Counted from the first letter of the stretch, positions 10,457 through 24,183 are shown. The stretch is 35,578 nucleotides of DNA from Clostridiales bacterium (GCA_021200075.1 JAJQGZ010000076.1:1-35578); one strand, 5' to 3'. Translations and numbers: made by a program. The notes: generated by a model from the sequence alone, not told the origin.

Positions 10457-10551
10457 AGTTTTTTCCTTTCAAACGGAAATAAAATTTAAATAAATCCGCC
10501 GAGCGTCTTGAATTTAACAGCCGAGACTCCCTGAAAATAAGCCTTATCAGC

Positions 10552-11106
10552 TCAGTCTTTAAAAAACAACGGAAGCCTTTCCAAATAAATTATATCGTCC
10601 CTGTCTGCGGCGTCTCCCTCCGTAAGAACCGCACAGGAAGCAACAATATCTGCGCCGTAGCTCTTCGCTATGCCCTGCACCGCTTTTAGGCTTTCCCCGC
10701 TGGAAATAACATCGTCGAGGATAAGCACCCTCTTGCCGGTGAGCAAATCGCCGTCCTCGTGACCGAGATAAAGCGACTGCTCCTTTTGCGTTGTAATACT
10801 GCGTTCGGTATAAACCACTGGTCTGTCCATATAGACCTTGACGCCCTTGCGTGCAACTATGTATTTCTTTTTACTGCGTTTGCTCATTTCGTACGCAAGT
10901 GGAATTGACTTAGCCTCCGGCGTAACAATATAATCAAATTCAGGCACCTTTTCAAGCAGAGCCGAAGCGCAGGCTTCTGTCAGCTCAACATCGCCGAAAA
11001 GAATGAACGCCGCAATATCGAGCGAATCCGAAACTGGAAATTTTTTAAGCTTCCTTTCAAGACCTGCAACCTTTAAGGTATAATATTCTTCACTTTTTTC
11101 ACTCAT
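10552..11106 (-). CDS. Type I phosphoribosyltransferase (adenine PRTase-like)
   Basis: PRPP-binding VLILDDVISSG motif, EAKSIPLA, VARK. Confidence 0.85.
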   Translation of the reverse strand: MSEKSEEYYTLKVAGLERKLKKFPVSDSLDIAAFILFGDVELTEACASALLEKVPEFDYIVTPEAKSIPLAYEMSKRSKKKYIVARKGVKVYMDRPVVYTERSITTQKEQSLYLGHEDGDLLTGKRVLILDDVISSGESLKAVQGIAKSYGADIVASCAVLTEGDAADRDDIIYLERLPLFFKD

Positions 11107-11435
11107 AAAATTCTTTCTCCGAGCTTCTTACCACCGACAAGGTGAAAATGCAAATGCATTACACTCTGCCCTGCGTCCTCGCCGCAGTTGTTTATTATCC
11201 TGTAGGAATCAATACCGCAAAGCTTTGCTATCTCCGGTATTTTTTCAAATATACAAGCGACATATTTACTGTTATCCACGGTTACGGAATTTGCACAGTC
11301 AATATGTTCCTTGGGAACAATAACGATGTGAACCGGCGCAACGGGATTTATATCCTTAAAGGCATAAATCATATCGTCCTCGTAAACCTTTTGAGACGGC
11401 ACCGAGCCGTCAATTATGTTGCAAAACAAACACAT
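11103..11435 (-). CDS. Histidine triad (HIT/HinT) nucleotide-binding protein
   Basis: CLFC N-terminus, DINPVAPVH, AGQSVMHLHFH triad. Confidence 0.95.
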   Translation of the reverse strand: MCLFCNIIDGSVPSQKVYEDDMIYAFKDINPVAPVHIVIVPKEHIDCANSVTVDNSKYVACIFEKIPEIAKLCGIDSYRIINNCGEDAGQSVMHLHFHLVGGKKLGERIL

Positions 11436-11480
11436 ATTCCGCCATTCCTTTCACTTTGTGAAATATATTTATCAAACCGA

Positions 11481-14114
11481 TTATTCGGCAAGCATAGCCT
11501 TAACGGTATCCTCAACCGCCGAAAGAGCAAAATCAAGCTTTGACAAATCCTTCGCTCCCGCCATTGCGGAATCGGGACGACCGCCGCCGCCTCCGCCTGC
11601 AAGCTTGGCAATTTCACGCACAAGATCCCCTGCTTTTACTCCCTGTGCAATCGCCTGCTTGCCGCATACTGCAACAAGGTTTGCCTTTTCGCCGTCGACT
11701 CCGGCGATTAAAGCGATAATATCGTCGCCCTTTGATTTAAGGTCGTCGCCCATTGAGCGAAGCGCATCGGGCGTGGTACCGTCGATTTTTGCCGTAAAGA
11801 GACGAATATTGCCGATATTTACCGCATCGGAAAGTAAATCTGCGCTCTTCATTTTTGTAAGCTGATTATTAAGGTTTTGTATGGTTTTATCCTTTTCCCT
11901 GTTTTCTGCAATAAGAGCGGAAACTCTGGAGCCGACCTCGTTTTCCGAAGACTTAACGGCTGAAGCGATAAGCTTAACCACAGACTCGTTTCGGTTGAGA
12001 TAATTCAAAAGATTTGTGCCGGTATATGCGGTTATCCTGCGTACTCCCGCCGCAACGGATGATTCCGAAATAATCTTAAACAGACCGATTTGACCGCTGT
12101 TTGAAATATGAGTTCCGCCGCAAAATTCCGTTGAGAAGTCTCCGGCTCTTACAACTCTTACAACATCTCCGTACTTTTCGCCGAAGAGCATCATAGCACC
12201 TGTTTTCTTTGCCTCTTCAATCGGCATTTCTTGCATTGTAACTGAATGTGCGCCGAGGATAAACTCATTAACCTTTTTCTCTGTTTTTGCGATTTCCTCA
12301 TCCGTCATCGGGCTGAAATGTGTAAAGTCAAAACGCACTTCCTTCTCATCAACAAGCTGACCTGCCTGTTCAACATGGGTGCCGAGAACTTCACGAAGTG
12401 CCGCCTGAAGAAGATGAGCCGCCGTATGGTTTCTCATAATCGAAAGGCGTCTTTCTTTATTAATGGTTGCAAAAACGCTGTCGCCGACGGATATAACTCC
12501 TTGTGACATTTCGCCCGAATGGAGATATACCGAATCCGCATTTTTTGTTGTGTCGGAAACCGTGAACACATTTGAGCCGCCGCATTTGATAACTCCGCTG
12601 TCGCCTACCTGACCGCCCGACAAAGCGTAAAACGGGGTTTTATCAAGCACGAGAGTACCCTTTTCCCCTGAGCCGAGCATATCGGCAAGCTCTCCGTCGG
12701 AATTTATAATCGCCTTTACAGCCGCTTCACATTCAAAATCCGTGTAGCCGACAAAATCCGTTTTGTCCGTATCAATCTTAACGCTTTCGCCTTTCCAAGC
12801 GTCCTCACCGGCATCCTTCCTTGCCGCTCTGGCGGTAGCCTTTTGCTCGGCAAGAAGTTCATTGAACTTATCCTCGTCAACGGTTATTCCCTTTTCCTCA
12901 AGAATATCCTTTGTCAAATCGAGCGGGAAGCCGTAGGTATCGTTGAGCTTGAATGCGTCCTCACCGGAGAATACATTGCCTTTCATATCGGCAACATATT
13001 TGTCAAGAAGTTCAAGACCGGCGTCAATTGTTTTGCCGAACGAATCCTCTTCCGAACGGATAACCTTTGTTATCAGCTCTTCTCTTTCCGCAAGCTCGGG
13101 ATAAGCGCTTAAATTTTCCTTAATAACGGTGTGGCAAACCTTGTACAAAAACAGCTCGTTCACACCGAGCAATCTGCCGTGACGGCACGCACGCCTGATA
13201 AGACGGCGAAGCACATATCCCCTGCCGTTATTCGACGGTATAACTCCGTCGCCTATCATAAAGGTTGCGGAGCGAACATGGTCGGTTATTACACGAAGCG
13301 AAACATCGTTTTTATCGTTATCGTGATATTTGACGTCGGCAATTTCGCAAATACGCTTCATAATATTCTGAATGGTGTCGACCTCAAAAATATTATCCAC
13401 GCCCTGCATAATGCACGCGAGCCTTTCAAGTCCCATACCCGTATCAATATTCGGGTGAGCAAGCGGCGTGTAATTATCATTGCCGTCATTGTCAAACTGA
13501 GTGAACACATTGTTCCAAAATTCCATATATCTGTCACAATCACAGCCGGGTGCGCAATCGGGCTTGCCGCAGTCGTATTTTTCCCCACGGTCAAAATAAA
13601 TCTCCGAACAGGGGCCGCACGGGCCTGAGCCGTGTTCCCAGAAATTATCCTCCTTGCCGAGCCTTACAATATGGCTCGGGTCAACGCCGTTTTGCTTTGT
13701 CCAAATTTCATAAGCTTCGTCATCATTTTCATATATGGTGACATAGAGCTTATCAACCGGCATTTGAAGCACCTCGGTGCAAAATTCCCACGCCCAAGCG
13801 GTAGCCTCTTTCTTGAAGTAATCGCCGAAAGAGAAATTGCCGAGCATTTCAAAAAAAGTGCCGTGGCGGTCGGTTTTGCCGACGCATTCAATATCCGGCG
13901 TACGGATACATTTTTGGCAGGTGGTAACACGGGAACGGGGAGGAGTAACCTCGCCCGTAAAATACTTTTTCATCGGCGCCATACCGGAATTTATCAGCAA
14001 AAGGCTCTTGTCTCCCTTTGAAACAAGCGAAAAGCTGTCAAGCCTTAAATGCCCCTTGCTTTCAAAAAAAGAAAGATATTTTTCTCTCAAATCATTTAAT
14101 GATGTCCATTCCAT
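11481..14114 (-). CDS. alaS: Alanine--tRNA ligase
   Basis: INSGMAPMK, HGTFFEMLGNFSFGDYFK, DTGMGLER, editing-domain NHTAAHLL and EFCGGTH, C-terminal GGGGGRP. Confidence 0.99.
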   Translation of the reverse strand: MEWTSLNDLREKYLSFFESKGHLRLDSFSLVSKGDKSLLLINSGMAPMKKYFTGEVTPPRSRVTTCQKCIRTPDIECVGKTDRHGTFFEMLGNFSFGDYFKKEATAWAWEFCTEVLQMPVDKLYVTIYENDDEAYEIWTKQNGVDPSHIVRLGKEDNFWEHGSGPCGPCSEIYFDRGEKYDCGKPDCAPGCDCDRYMEFWNNVFTQFDNDGNDNYTPLAHPNIDTGMGLERLACIMQGVDNIFEVDTIQNIMKRICEIADVKYHDNDKNDVSLRVITDHVRSATFMIGDGVIPSNNGRGYVLRRLIRRACRHGRLLGVNELFLYKVCHTVIKENLSAYPELAEREELITKVIRSEEDSFGKTIDAGLELLDKYVADMKGNVFSGEDAFKLNDTYGFPLDLTKDILEEKGITVDEDKFNELLAEQKATARAARKDAGEDAWKGESVKIDTDKTDFVGYTDFECEAAVKAIINSDGELADMLGSGEKGTLVLDKTPFYALSGGQVGDSGVIKCGGSNVFTVSDTTKNADSVYLHSGEMSQGVISVGDSVFATINKERRLSIMRNHTAAHLLQAALREVLGTHVEQAGQLVDEKEVRFDFTHFSPMTDEEIAKTEKKVNEFILGAHSVTMQEMPIEEAKKTGAMMLFGEKYGDVVRVVRAGDFSTEFCGGTHISNSGQIGLFKIISESSVAAGVRRITAYTGTNLLNYLNRNESVVKLIASAVKSSENEVGSRVSALIAENREKDKTIQNLNNQLTKMKSADLLSDAVNIGNIRLFTAKIDGTTPDALRSMGDDLKSKGDDIIALIAGVDGEKANLVAVCGKQAIAQGVKAGDLVREIAKLAGGGGGGRPDSAMAGAKDLSKLDFALSAVEDTVKAMLAE

Positions 14115-14151
14115 TTATTCATACCTCATAAACTGCAAATACTTCTTTAAA

Positions 14152-14181
14152 ATGCCGCAGGAACGATAATCCCTGCGGCAT
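14152..14181. other. GC-rich stem-loop between ydbC-like gene and alaS
   Basis: atgccgcagg ... cctgcggcat 10-bp perfect stem; short TTTT tail on the minus strand; partial terminator or mRNA-stabilising hairpin. Confidence 0.55.
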
Positions 14182-14185
14182 CGGT

Positions 14186-14401
14186 TTACAGCTTTTCAAC
14201 TATTTTGACAAGCTCTTTAACCTCATCGGTTGTAAATGTGAGACCCTTGCTCATCTTGGAGTGGTCGGGTGACCAATCCCTGACATCTATCTTTGCCTCA
14301 CGACCGTTCCAGGAAATCATATTAACCTCTCTGGTCCAGCCCCTTGCAGTCTCCGATATTACGCCGAGATGCTCTGTAATTTCGTACCTAATTTCAGGCA
14401 T
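14186..14401 (-). CDS. YdbC/PC4-family single-stranded DNA-binding protein
   Basis: YEITEHLGVISE..GWTREVNMISWNG..KIDVRDWSPDHSKMSKGLT signature; AAGGAGG RBS. Confidence 0.9.
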   Translation of the reverse strand: MPEIRYEITEHLGVISETARGWTREVNMISWNGREAKIDVRDWSPDHSKMSKGLTFTTDEVKELVKIVEKL

Positions 14402-14439
14402 TTTTCGCTCCTCCTTATCTTAAATTTATTTCTTTTGCG

Positions 14440-15669
14440 TTACGCTTTATTTTTTAACGATTTAACAATATCCTGCGTATCCCTTGCAATGGTAAGTTCC
14501 TCATCCGTTGCGAGAATAAATACTCTCACCTTGCTTGACGGGTCTGTAAGCTCCGCCTCAGCTCCCTTTACGGTAGCCTTGTTAAGCTCCTCGTCAATCT
14601 TAACGCCCATATAGCCGAAATACGAGCATACTCTTGAACGAAGCCAGAAGCCGTTTTCGCCGATACCGCCGGTGAACACGATTGCGTCGACGCCGTTCAT
14701 CGAAGCGATATACGAACCGATGTACTTGGCGATTTCATAAGCCTGCATTTCGTGCGCAAGGCTTGCTCTCTCGTTGCCCTCGTTTTGTGCCTTGCAAATA
14801 TCCCTGTCGTCTGACGATACGCCGGAAATTGCGTTTACGCCGGATTCCTTATTAAGAACCTTATCCATTTGGTCGGGTGTAAGATTAAGCTTCTTTTCGA
14901 TAAATGTAACTACAGACGGGTCGATACCGCCGGAGCGTGTACCCATCATAAATCCGTCAAGCGGAGTGAAGCCCATCGATGTGTCGATAACCTTACCGTA
15001 CTCAACGGCGGCTATTGACGAACCGTTGCCGAGATGGCAGGTTATGAGCTTGAGTTCGGATATATCCCTGCCCATTTTTTTCGCAACTCTTGCAGAAACA
15101 TATCTGTGAGAAGTGCCGTGAAAACCGTAACGGCGAACGCCGTACTTTTCATAATATTCATACGGAACGGCGTACATATAGGCTTTCGGCGGCATTGTGC
15201 TGTGGAATGCCGTATCGAAAACCGCTACCTGCGGAACATCGGGGCCGACAACCGCAAGACAAGCCTTATAGCCCTGTAAATTTGCCGGATTGTGAAGCGG
15301 TGCTAACGGTGAAAGCTCCTCGACCGTCTTTACAACCTCGTCGTCAATCAAAACGCTCTTTGTATACTTTACTCCGCCCTGAACAAAGCGGTGACCGATA
15401 GCGTCGATTTCATCAAAAGAATCAATAACCTTATGCTCTCCCTCGGAAAGGATATACTTAACCTCGTTAAAGGCATCGGTATGAGTGGGAAGTTCCTTAT
15501 CGTAAGTATACTTGCCCTGCTCGGTCTTAATGATAACATTTTCCTCTCCGCCGTTTATCTTCAGCCCTATTCTTTCTATAGCGCCTTTGCAAAGAACGGA
15601 CTCATTGTCCATATCCATAAGCTGATATTTAAGCGACGAGCTGCCGCAGTTGATTACAAGAATTTTCAA
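14440..15669 (-). CDS. ackA: Acetate kinase
   Basis: KILVINCGSSSLKYQL, GHRFVQGG, APLHNP, FDTAFH, RYGFHGTSH, CHLGNGSS, FTGGIGEN; TTG start. Confidence 0.98.
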   Translation of the reverse strand: MKILVINCGSSSLKYQLMDMDNESVLCKGAIERIGLKINGGEENVIIKTEQGKYTYDKELPTHTDAFNEVKYILSEGEHKVIDSFDEIDAIGHRFVQGGVKYTKSVLIDDEVVKTVEELSPLAPLHNPANLQGYKACLAVVGPDVPQVAVFDTAFHSTMPPKAYMYAVPYEYYEKYGVRRYGFHGTSHRYVSARVAKKMGRDISELKLITCHLGNGSSIAAVEYGKVIDTSMGFTPLDGFMMGTRSGGIDPSVVTFIEKKLNLTPDQMDKVLNKESGVNAISGVSSDDRDICKAQNEGNERASLAHEMQAYEIAKYIGSYIASMNGVDAIVFTGGIGENGFWLRSRVCSYFGYMGVKIDEELNKATVKGAEAELTDPSSKVRVFILATDEELTIARDTQDIVKSLKNKA

Positions 15670-15788
15670 AATATTCCCTCCACATATTGAATTTATAATT
15701 ATAATTTAGTATTATTATAATAATAAGCGATTTTATAAGTGCTTGTCAAGAGCTTTTAAAGATTTAATGCGAAAAAAGCGGAGGAATT

Positions 15789-16850
15789 ATGGCAACTGCT
15801 ATCATATGTGAGTTCAATCCCTTTCACAACGGACATAAATATCTGACGGATGCTGCGCACAAAAACGGCGACGACACCGTCTGCATTATGAGCGGAAATG
15901 TTGTACAGCGTGGTGAATTTGCGGTTTACGACAAATTTACCCGTGCAAGAACGGCACTTCAAAACGGCGCCGATTTGATTATCGAGCTACCGTGCGTATA
16001 CTCGCTTATGTCCGCGCGGGGCTTTGCAAAATACTCCGTGCAGATTGCCGAAGCGACCGGTATTGTCGATTCATTGACATTCGGCTGTGAATGCGGTGAT
16101 ATTGAAACGCTCAAAAAAACCGGCGGTGAAATTAAAAATAAAAAAGACGATATTGCACTTGAAATGAAAAAAGGGCTGTCCTACGCCGCCGCACGTAGGA
16201 ACATAATAGGCGGTGATGTTCTCGATTACCCCAACAACACTCTTGCAACAGAATATATTATGAACACATCTCTGCCCTGCAATGCCGTAAAAAGAATAGG
16301 CAAAGGTCACGATTCCGACGATGCAAAATACAGCTCCTCGGCGATAAGAAGCACACTGAAAAATGACGAAATCTGCACGCTGAAAAAATGCGAAAGAGCC
16401 GTTCTTGCAAAGCTCCGTTCAATGACAAGCGAAGATTTTTTAAATATCGAAGATGTAAGCGAGGGGCTTGAAAACAGGATAACCGCCTGCGTTCGCACCG
16501 CTCAAAGCCTTGACGAGCTTTACGACGGTATCAAAACGAAAAGATATACCCACTCCAGGATAAGGCGAATAATTCTTCGCAGTTATCTTTCGATAACAAA
16601 GGAGTACAGCTTTGACGCTCCGTATATACGCATAATCGGTTTTAACGAAAATGGCAGGAAGCTGCTCAGCCGAATGAAAGAGAAAGCCACCCTGCCGATA
16701 ATAAGCAAATACAGCGACATTTCAAAGCTTGACGAAAACGGCAAAAAGCTGTTTGAGCTTGAATGTCACTGTACTGATTTATACAACCTCGGCTATGCGA
16801 ATATCCGTCCGTGCGGTACGGAACAAACAAGCCGAATAGTAATAATTTAA
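15789..16850 (+). CDS. tmcAL: tRNA(Met) cytidine acetate ligase (YlbM-family nucleotidyltransferase)
   Basis: ICEFNPFHNGH (HIGH-like), MSGNVVQRGE, GADLIIELP, PNNTLA, KTKRYTHSRIRR; divergent from ackA as is usual in Clostridia. Confidence 0.92.
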   Translation: MATAIICEFNPFHNGHKYLTDAAHKNGDDTVCIMSGNVVQRGEFAVYDKFTRARTALQNGADLIIELPCVYSLMSARGFAKYSVQIAEATGIVDSLTFGCECGDIETLKKTGGEIKNKKDDIALEMKKGLSYAAARRNIIGGDVLDYPNNTLATEYIMNTSLPCNAVKRIGKGHDSDDAKYSSSAIRSTLKNDEICTLKKCERAVLAKLRSMTSEDFLNIEDVSEGLENRITACVRTAQSLDELYDGIKTKRYTHSRIRRIILRSYLSITKEYSFDAPYIRIIGFNENGRKLLSRMKEKATLPIISKYSDISKLDENGKKLFELECHCTDLYNLGYANIRPCGTEQTSRIVII

Positions 16851-16882
16851 AATAGTTATCTGGTTTTTTATTTCAAAATATC

Positions 16883-17443
16883 CTACAATTCTTCCTTTGA
16901 AACTGCGGATGAATTGAGATAGCTCAAAAGAGAATTTGTTGAAAGAAGCTCCGGAAGATCAAGTGCTTTCAGGAGCTTCTTTTTATTTTCCTTTGCATTC
17001 GGAGTTCCGGCAATGCCAAGCTCAAGCAAATCGTAAGAGGTGAGAAAATCGGTATTCTCCTGCCGTGATACGGTTACCTCCGCTTCCTCAAAAAGGCGGA
17101 GCAAAACCTCCTCGCTCATACCCTCAATGCCGAGCTTGCCTTCCTTTGACGAAGCGGCTTTTCGCCTTTCTTTGCCGTAAACATCGGGGATATAAATATG
17201 CTTTATCCTGTCCTGCAGTATTCCTGCACAAATATAATTTCTTATCTGAAATCCGCCGCTGTCGGAATCCGTCAAGACTATTATGCCTCTCTCGGCGGCA
17301 AGACGGCGGATAAATTTCATTTTCTGCTTATCTTTATAAATACCGAAACCGTTTGTCTCGATAATCAGGATATCGAGGATATTGGAAAGCTTTATCTTGT
17401 CGTACCTGTCCTCAACTATTACAGCCTCATTAATTTTAAGCAT
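16883..17443 (-). CDS. rnmV: Ribonuclease M5-like TOPRIM protein (DUF4093 C-terminus)
   Basis: AVIVE(D)RYDKIKL, IVLTDSD, GKERRK..SKEGKLG; TAG at 16883 is five codons before a TAA at 16868-16870, so it may be slightly truncated. Confidence 0.75.
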   Translation of the reverse strand: MLKINEAVIVEDRYDKIKLSNILDILIIETNGFGIYKDKQKMKFIRRLAAERGIIVLTDSDSGGFQIRNYICAGILQDRIKHIYIPDVYGKERRKAASSKEGKLGIEGMSEEVLLRLFEEAEVTVSRQENTDFLTSYDLLELGIAGTPNAKENKKKLLKALDLPELLSTNSLLSYLNSSAVSKEEL

Positions 17444-17452
17444 AACAAACTC

Positions 17453-18481
17453 CTACGAACCCATAAGGAGCTTTACGGTCAACTCCTCAAGCAAAATCCT
17501 TTCATCTGCGGCGGTACTTTTAAGTTTAATATCCGTTTGCATAATTGCGTCAAGAGAAGCACGCAGACGGGAAGTGCTCATAGACGCACAGTCTCTTGAA
17601 GCGTTTTTGAGCGCAAATTCTCTTCTTTTATAATTAAAATGCTTCGCAACATCGTCATAGGAATAGCCTGCTACCTTTGCGCATTTAACCCTGTACATAT
17701 CGACATATACGCCGCTTATTGCAGAAAGAATCATTATCGGCTTTTCTTTCATCTCAAACAGTGAATTGAGGACATCGAAAGCCTTGTAGGAATTGCCGGC
17801 GACAATACATTTTGACAAATCGTATATCCTCGCCTGGAAGCATTTTGTCGCCATATCATCAATTATTTCACGAGTTATCGGCGTGCCCTGAGCAAAGGCA
17901 CAGAGTTTGTCAAGCTCGTTTAAAAGCGTTTGGAGATCGTTGCCCGATACTGAGATAAGATATTTTGCGTTGACGGCATCGAGGGACGAGCCTCTTTTTT
18001 TTGCTCCGTTTACAAGAAGCGAAGCGATTTCGCTGTCCGTCCTTTTGTAAAGATTAGCAACAACTCCCGCTTTTGAAAACGCCTTTGAAAGCCGTTTGAA
18101 TTTTGCTGACTTGGAATCCAGCACAAGCGAATCGAACCACATTACAAAAACCGTGCTTTCCGGGCAATCGGCAAGATATTCCTCCAAAAGCTCCAAATCC
18201 ACCTTTTCCTTATCTATCGGATAATCCCTCACGATAACAAGATTATACTCGCTCATTATAGGGAGCATTTGAGCATCCTTTAATATATCGTCAAGCAGAA
18301 CATCCTTGCCGTCGAATGTATGCAGATTGAACACTTCAAAGCTTTTGTCAACAAGCTTTTTTTGAATGAGCGAAACATAATATTCTTTCAAATAGCTTTC
18401 ATCGCCGTAAATGAGATATGCATTTTTAAACTCTCCGGCTCTTATCTGCTTTCTAAGCTCACTTTCACCTATTTCAGGCAC
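17453..18481 (-). CDS. holA: DNA polymerase III subunit delta
   Basis: YLIYGDESYL, LP motif, LLNELDKL, DIKLKS; canonical position directly after comEC. Confidence 0.92.
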   Translation of the reverse strand: MPEIGESELRKQIRAGEFKNAYLIYGDESYLKEYYVSLIQKKLVDKSFEVFNLHTFDGKDVLLDDILKDAQMLPIMSEYNLVIVRDYPIDKEKVDLELLEEYLADCPESTVFVMWFDSLVLDSKSAKFKRLSKAFSKAGVVANLYKRTDSEIASLLVNGAKKRGSSLDAVNAKYLISVSGNDLQTLLNELDKLCAFAQGTPITREIIDDMATKCFQARIYDLSKCIVAGNSYKAFDVLNSLFEMKEKPIMILSAISGVYVDMYRVKCAKVAGYSYDDVAKHFNYKRREFALKNASRDCASMSTSRLRASLDAIMQTDIKLKSTAADERILLEELTVKLLMGS

Positions 18482-20441
18482 TTGTCTCCCTCCTCACGGT
18501 AACGGCTGTATCTTCTCCGAATGTGAAAATATAATTTCTGCTGTCGTTATATTTGCCGTACACATCACGGTACGCCGTATATTCTCCTACCTCAACGGTA
18601 TATTCACTGACCGTAACAGCACTGTCGTATAGAGTTAAAGCAATATCACCGTCGGGCAAATATTTTATATGAACCTCGTCACACAGGGTATATTCTCCAC
18701 CTGTTATAAAATCATCGTCGCAGCTTGTCAAATTACCGAGCAGAGTGTTGTCATATTCGCAATCGACGAACACAGCATTTTCCACATCAAGCGTAAAAAG
18801 AAAATCCCTTAAATTGTAATAATTGTCCTTTTCGTTTGCAAAAATAACCGCAACATTCTTCCCGCTCCTGACTATTACCGCATTATTTTCCGTGACCTGC
18901 AAAATTACACTGTTATTATTTTTATACTCGCACATTGCAGATGAAATAATCACAAGCACCATAAACAATGCGCAAGCCTGACGGGCATTGATACAGCGGA
19001 ATAAAATTATACCGAATGCGCAAAAGAGCATGGCAACAGCGGCACACAGCATAAATATCGGGTCGCTTGCGTCAATACAGAGGAAACTCAGCTTCCGTGC
19101 GCAAAACGACGCGATATAAATCAGCACCCTTGCGACAATAATCATTCCCTGTTTAAAAATAAACCCTACACCCGGGAACCAAAACAGCAGATTAAAACCG
19201 AGCGTAAATACCAACAGCACCTGTGCAAGCAGGATAAACGCAACATTGAGGAAAATTGATAAAAAACTTATCTGCTCGAAAAACAAAATTAAAGGCACAA
19301 AGGTTGAAACTAAAACGAATACGGATGTCAAAATACTGTCCGTCAAAAACGAACCCAGTGCGGTTTTAAACCTCGCTTTGCCGATAAGAGCGGCTCTATG
19401 ACGCTTATACCCAAAATTGCGCATACGCTCATAACTGCGCTCGGATCGGTAACGGAAAACGGATTTAGGCATATCAGCGCCATTGCCACACCGAGGGAAT
19501 TGAGCGTATCGGCTTTGCTGTCAAAAAACGGAGCAAGAACCAAAATGCAGGTCATAATCCTCGCTCGGACAACGGATTTTGAAAAATCCGCAACCGCCGA
19601 ATATGTAATCAGCGTAATAAATGTTACGGCAACGCAGAATATTTTGCCTGTGCCGAGCCGTTTGAAAAAAATAATAAATACCGAGGCATATCATCGTGAT
19701 ATGCAAGCCGGAAACCGCCGTGATATGCGTTGCGCCGCAAATTTTAAAATTGCTTATAATTTCATCGGAAAGCTCGCTTCGATCTCCTGTAAGAACGGCA
19801 TATGCAAGCGCACTTTCACCGTCGCTCGTGATATAGGCTGTATTGCTTTTTATCTTTTCCCGAAGCCTTATAAAATAATAGCCCGGCGGTTTGCTTTTGC
19901 TTTCATTAACATCGAACTCGCTGTCCGAATAATCCGTATAAGCACGGATAAATATTCCCTCGCCGAAATATCCGTAGGAATCAAAACCGTTATCGGCAAA
20001 GGAATAAAAATTCAAATAACTTGAAACCTCATCATAATAATCTGCGTCTATATAAGACGAGGAATAGAGCTTAACCTTAACATCCTGCACTGCATTGTCA
20101 ATATCAATCGACTTGGTTTTTACCGTATACGAATATCCCGAACCGGTATCCTGCGGCATATCTACTATCTCAAATGTGCAATACGTTCTTTCGCTGTCAA
20201 GTTGCTGTATGGGTGCGACCGTGTTGTTCCACGGAAAAATGAACAAAAGACAGGAAAATAATGCCGTACCCGCAACAATGGGTATGACAAGAGCCTGTCT
20301 TGTGTTCTTCAGCACCAACGATATTACAAGAAGTACGCCCGCCGCCGCTGCCATAACTGCGGCGGCAGTTGTACCGAAAACATTTGCAAAAAGGAGAGTA
20401 ATTGCCGAGCTTGCTCCGATATGTAGTGCAACTCTTTTTCA

Positions 20442-20442
<1 letters not shown>
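18474..20442 (-). pseudogene. comEC: ComEC/Rec2 competence DNA-uptake channel, three frameshifts
   Basis: Segments: MK/RVALHIG (shift in T5 run at 20435-20439); LTGDRS..FKICGATHITAVSGLHI (shift in A7 at 19665-19671); SVVRARIM..LNSLG..NPF (shift probably at A5, 19345-19349); then a hydrophobic C-terminal part. Upstream of holA. Confidence 0.88.
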
Positions 20443-23609
<3,167 letters not shown>

Positions 23610-23678
23610 TTAAACCTTTCACAAAACAGTGCTTACAAAAAGCTGTTTAGTTGTATATAGCTGTATATATTTTTACAT

Positions 23679-23708
23679 TATTATAGTACCCTATATTATA
23701 GTACCCTA
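23679..23708. repeat. Perfect 15-bp tandem duplication (tattatagtacccta)x2 over the lacZ -10 region
   Basis: Copies at 23679-23693 and 23694-23708. Confidence 0.9.
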
Positions 23709-23726
23709 ATGCTCAAAAAAAGTCAA
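23698..23726 (-). promoter_or_regulatory. Putative sigma-A promoter for lacZ-comEC-holA-rnmV
   Basis: TTGACT (23721-23726), 17-nt spacer, TACTAT (23698-23703). Confidence 0.55.
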
Positions 23727-23874
23727 CCGAGAAAAGAATAAAGATTTTCGCCCCTTTTGCCAAATTAAAAAAGTCTATAATAAACATAAGGCGGATGCTC
23801 GCCATTACAAAACCGGTTTTATCAATTACAATGGTGTGTATACAACACTGTTGTAGGGCTTTGTATTTACTAAT

Positions 23875-23901
23875 GGGCGGATGATATCCGCCCCCCCCTA
23901 C
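23875..23901 (-). repeat. REP-like palindrome (GTAG foot plus GGGCGGAT..ATCCGCCC hairpin), copy 1
   Basis: Reverse complement reads GTA-G8-CGGATATCATCCGCCC; related copies at 24055 and 35557. Confidence 0.75.
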
Positions 23902-24054
23902 GGTTTTTTGATATGCCCAACAATATTTAGAGATTACGGAAATAAATTTATACAATGCAAAAATGATTGTAAAGATTTAGATGAAATTTTGCACTACAAA
24001 ATATCGGTGCATTCGGTAATTTAATAAATGAACGAATATTTTAACAGTGTCGGC

Positions 24055-24078
24055 GTAGGGGCGGATAGCGTCCGCCCG
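24055..24078 (+). repeat. REP-like palindrome, copy 2 (inverted relative to copy 1)
   Basis: GTAGGGGCGGATAGCGTCCGCCCG. Confidence 0.8.
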
Positions 24079-24097
24079 CATAAATTTACCCCCCAAC

Positions 24098-24137
24098 ATT
24101 TGACAAAGAGCAAAAATATTTGACGAAAAGCAAAAAA
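24098..24137. repeat. Imperfect 20-bp tandem repeat
   Basis: atttgacaaagagcaaaaat / atttgacgaaaagcaaaaaa (17/20 identical). Confidence 0.7.
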
Positions 24138-24170
24138 CGGGCTGCCTTATATATCCAATAAGGCAACCCG
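24132..24170 (-). terminator. Intrinsic terminator of the adaptor-permease operon
   Basis: cgggctgccttat ... ataaggcaacccg stem followed on the minus strand by T6, 13 nt after the permease stop. Confidence 0.8.
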
Positions 24171-24183
24171 AACGGGAACTATA

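Noticed and set aside
14115-14185. T-box riboswitch upstream of alaS
   Set aside because: Spacer is only 71 nt and has no T-box consensus or stem I; just one hairpin.
14440-16850. ackA-tmcAL divergent pair as a novel acetate-linked module
   Set aside because: Common conserved arrangement in Clostridia; TmcAL use of acetate is established.
23713-23955. 80-aa ORF on the minus strand
   Set aside because: Runs through a REP element, has no RBS or recognisable motif; probably spurious.
23670-24180. CRISPR array or RNA gene in the long intergenic region
   Set aside because: No regularly spaced repeats with unique spacers, no cas genes and no cloverleaf; explained by promoter, REPs and a terminator.
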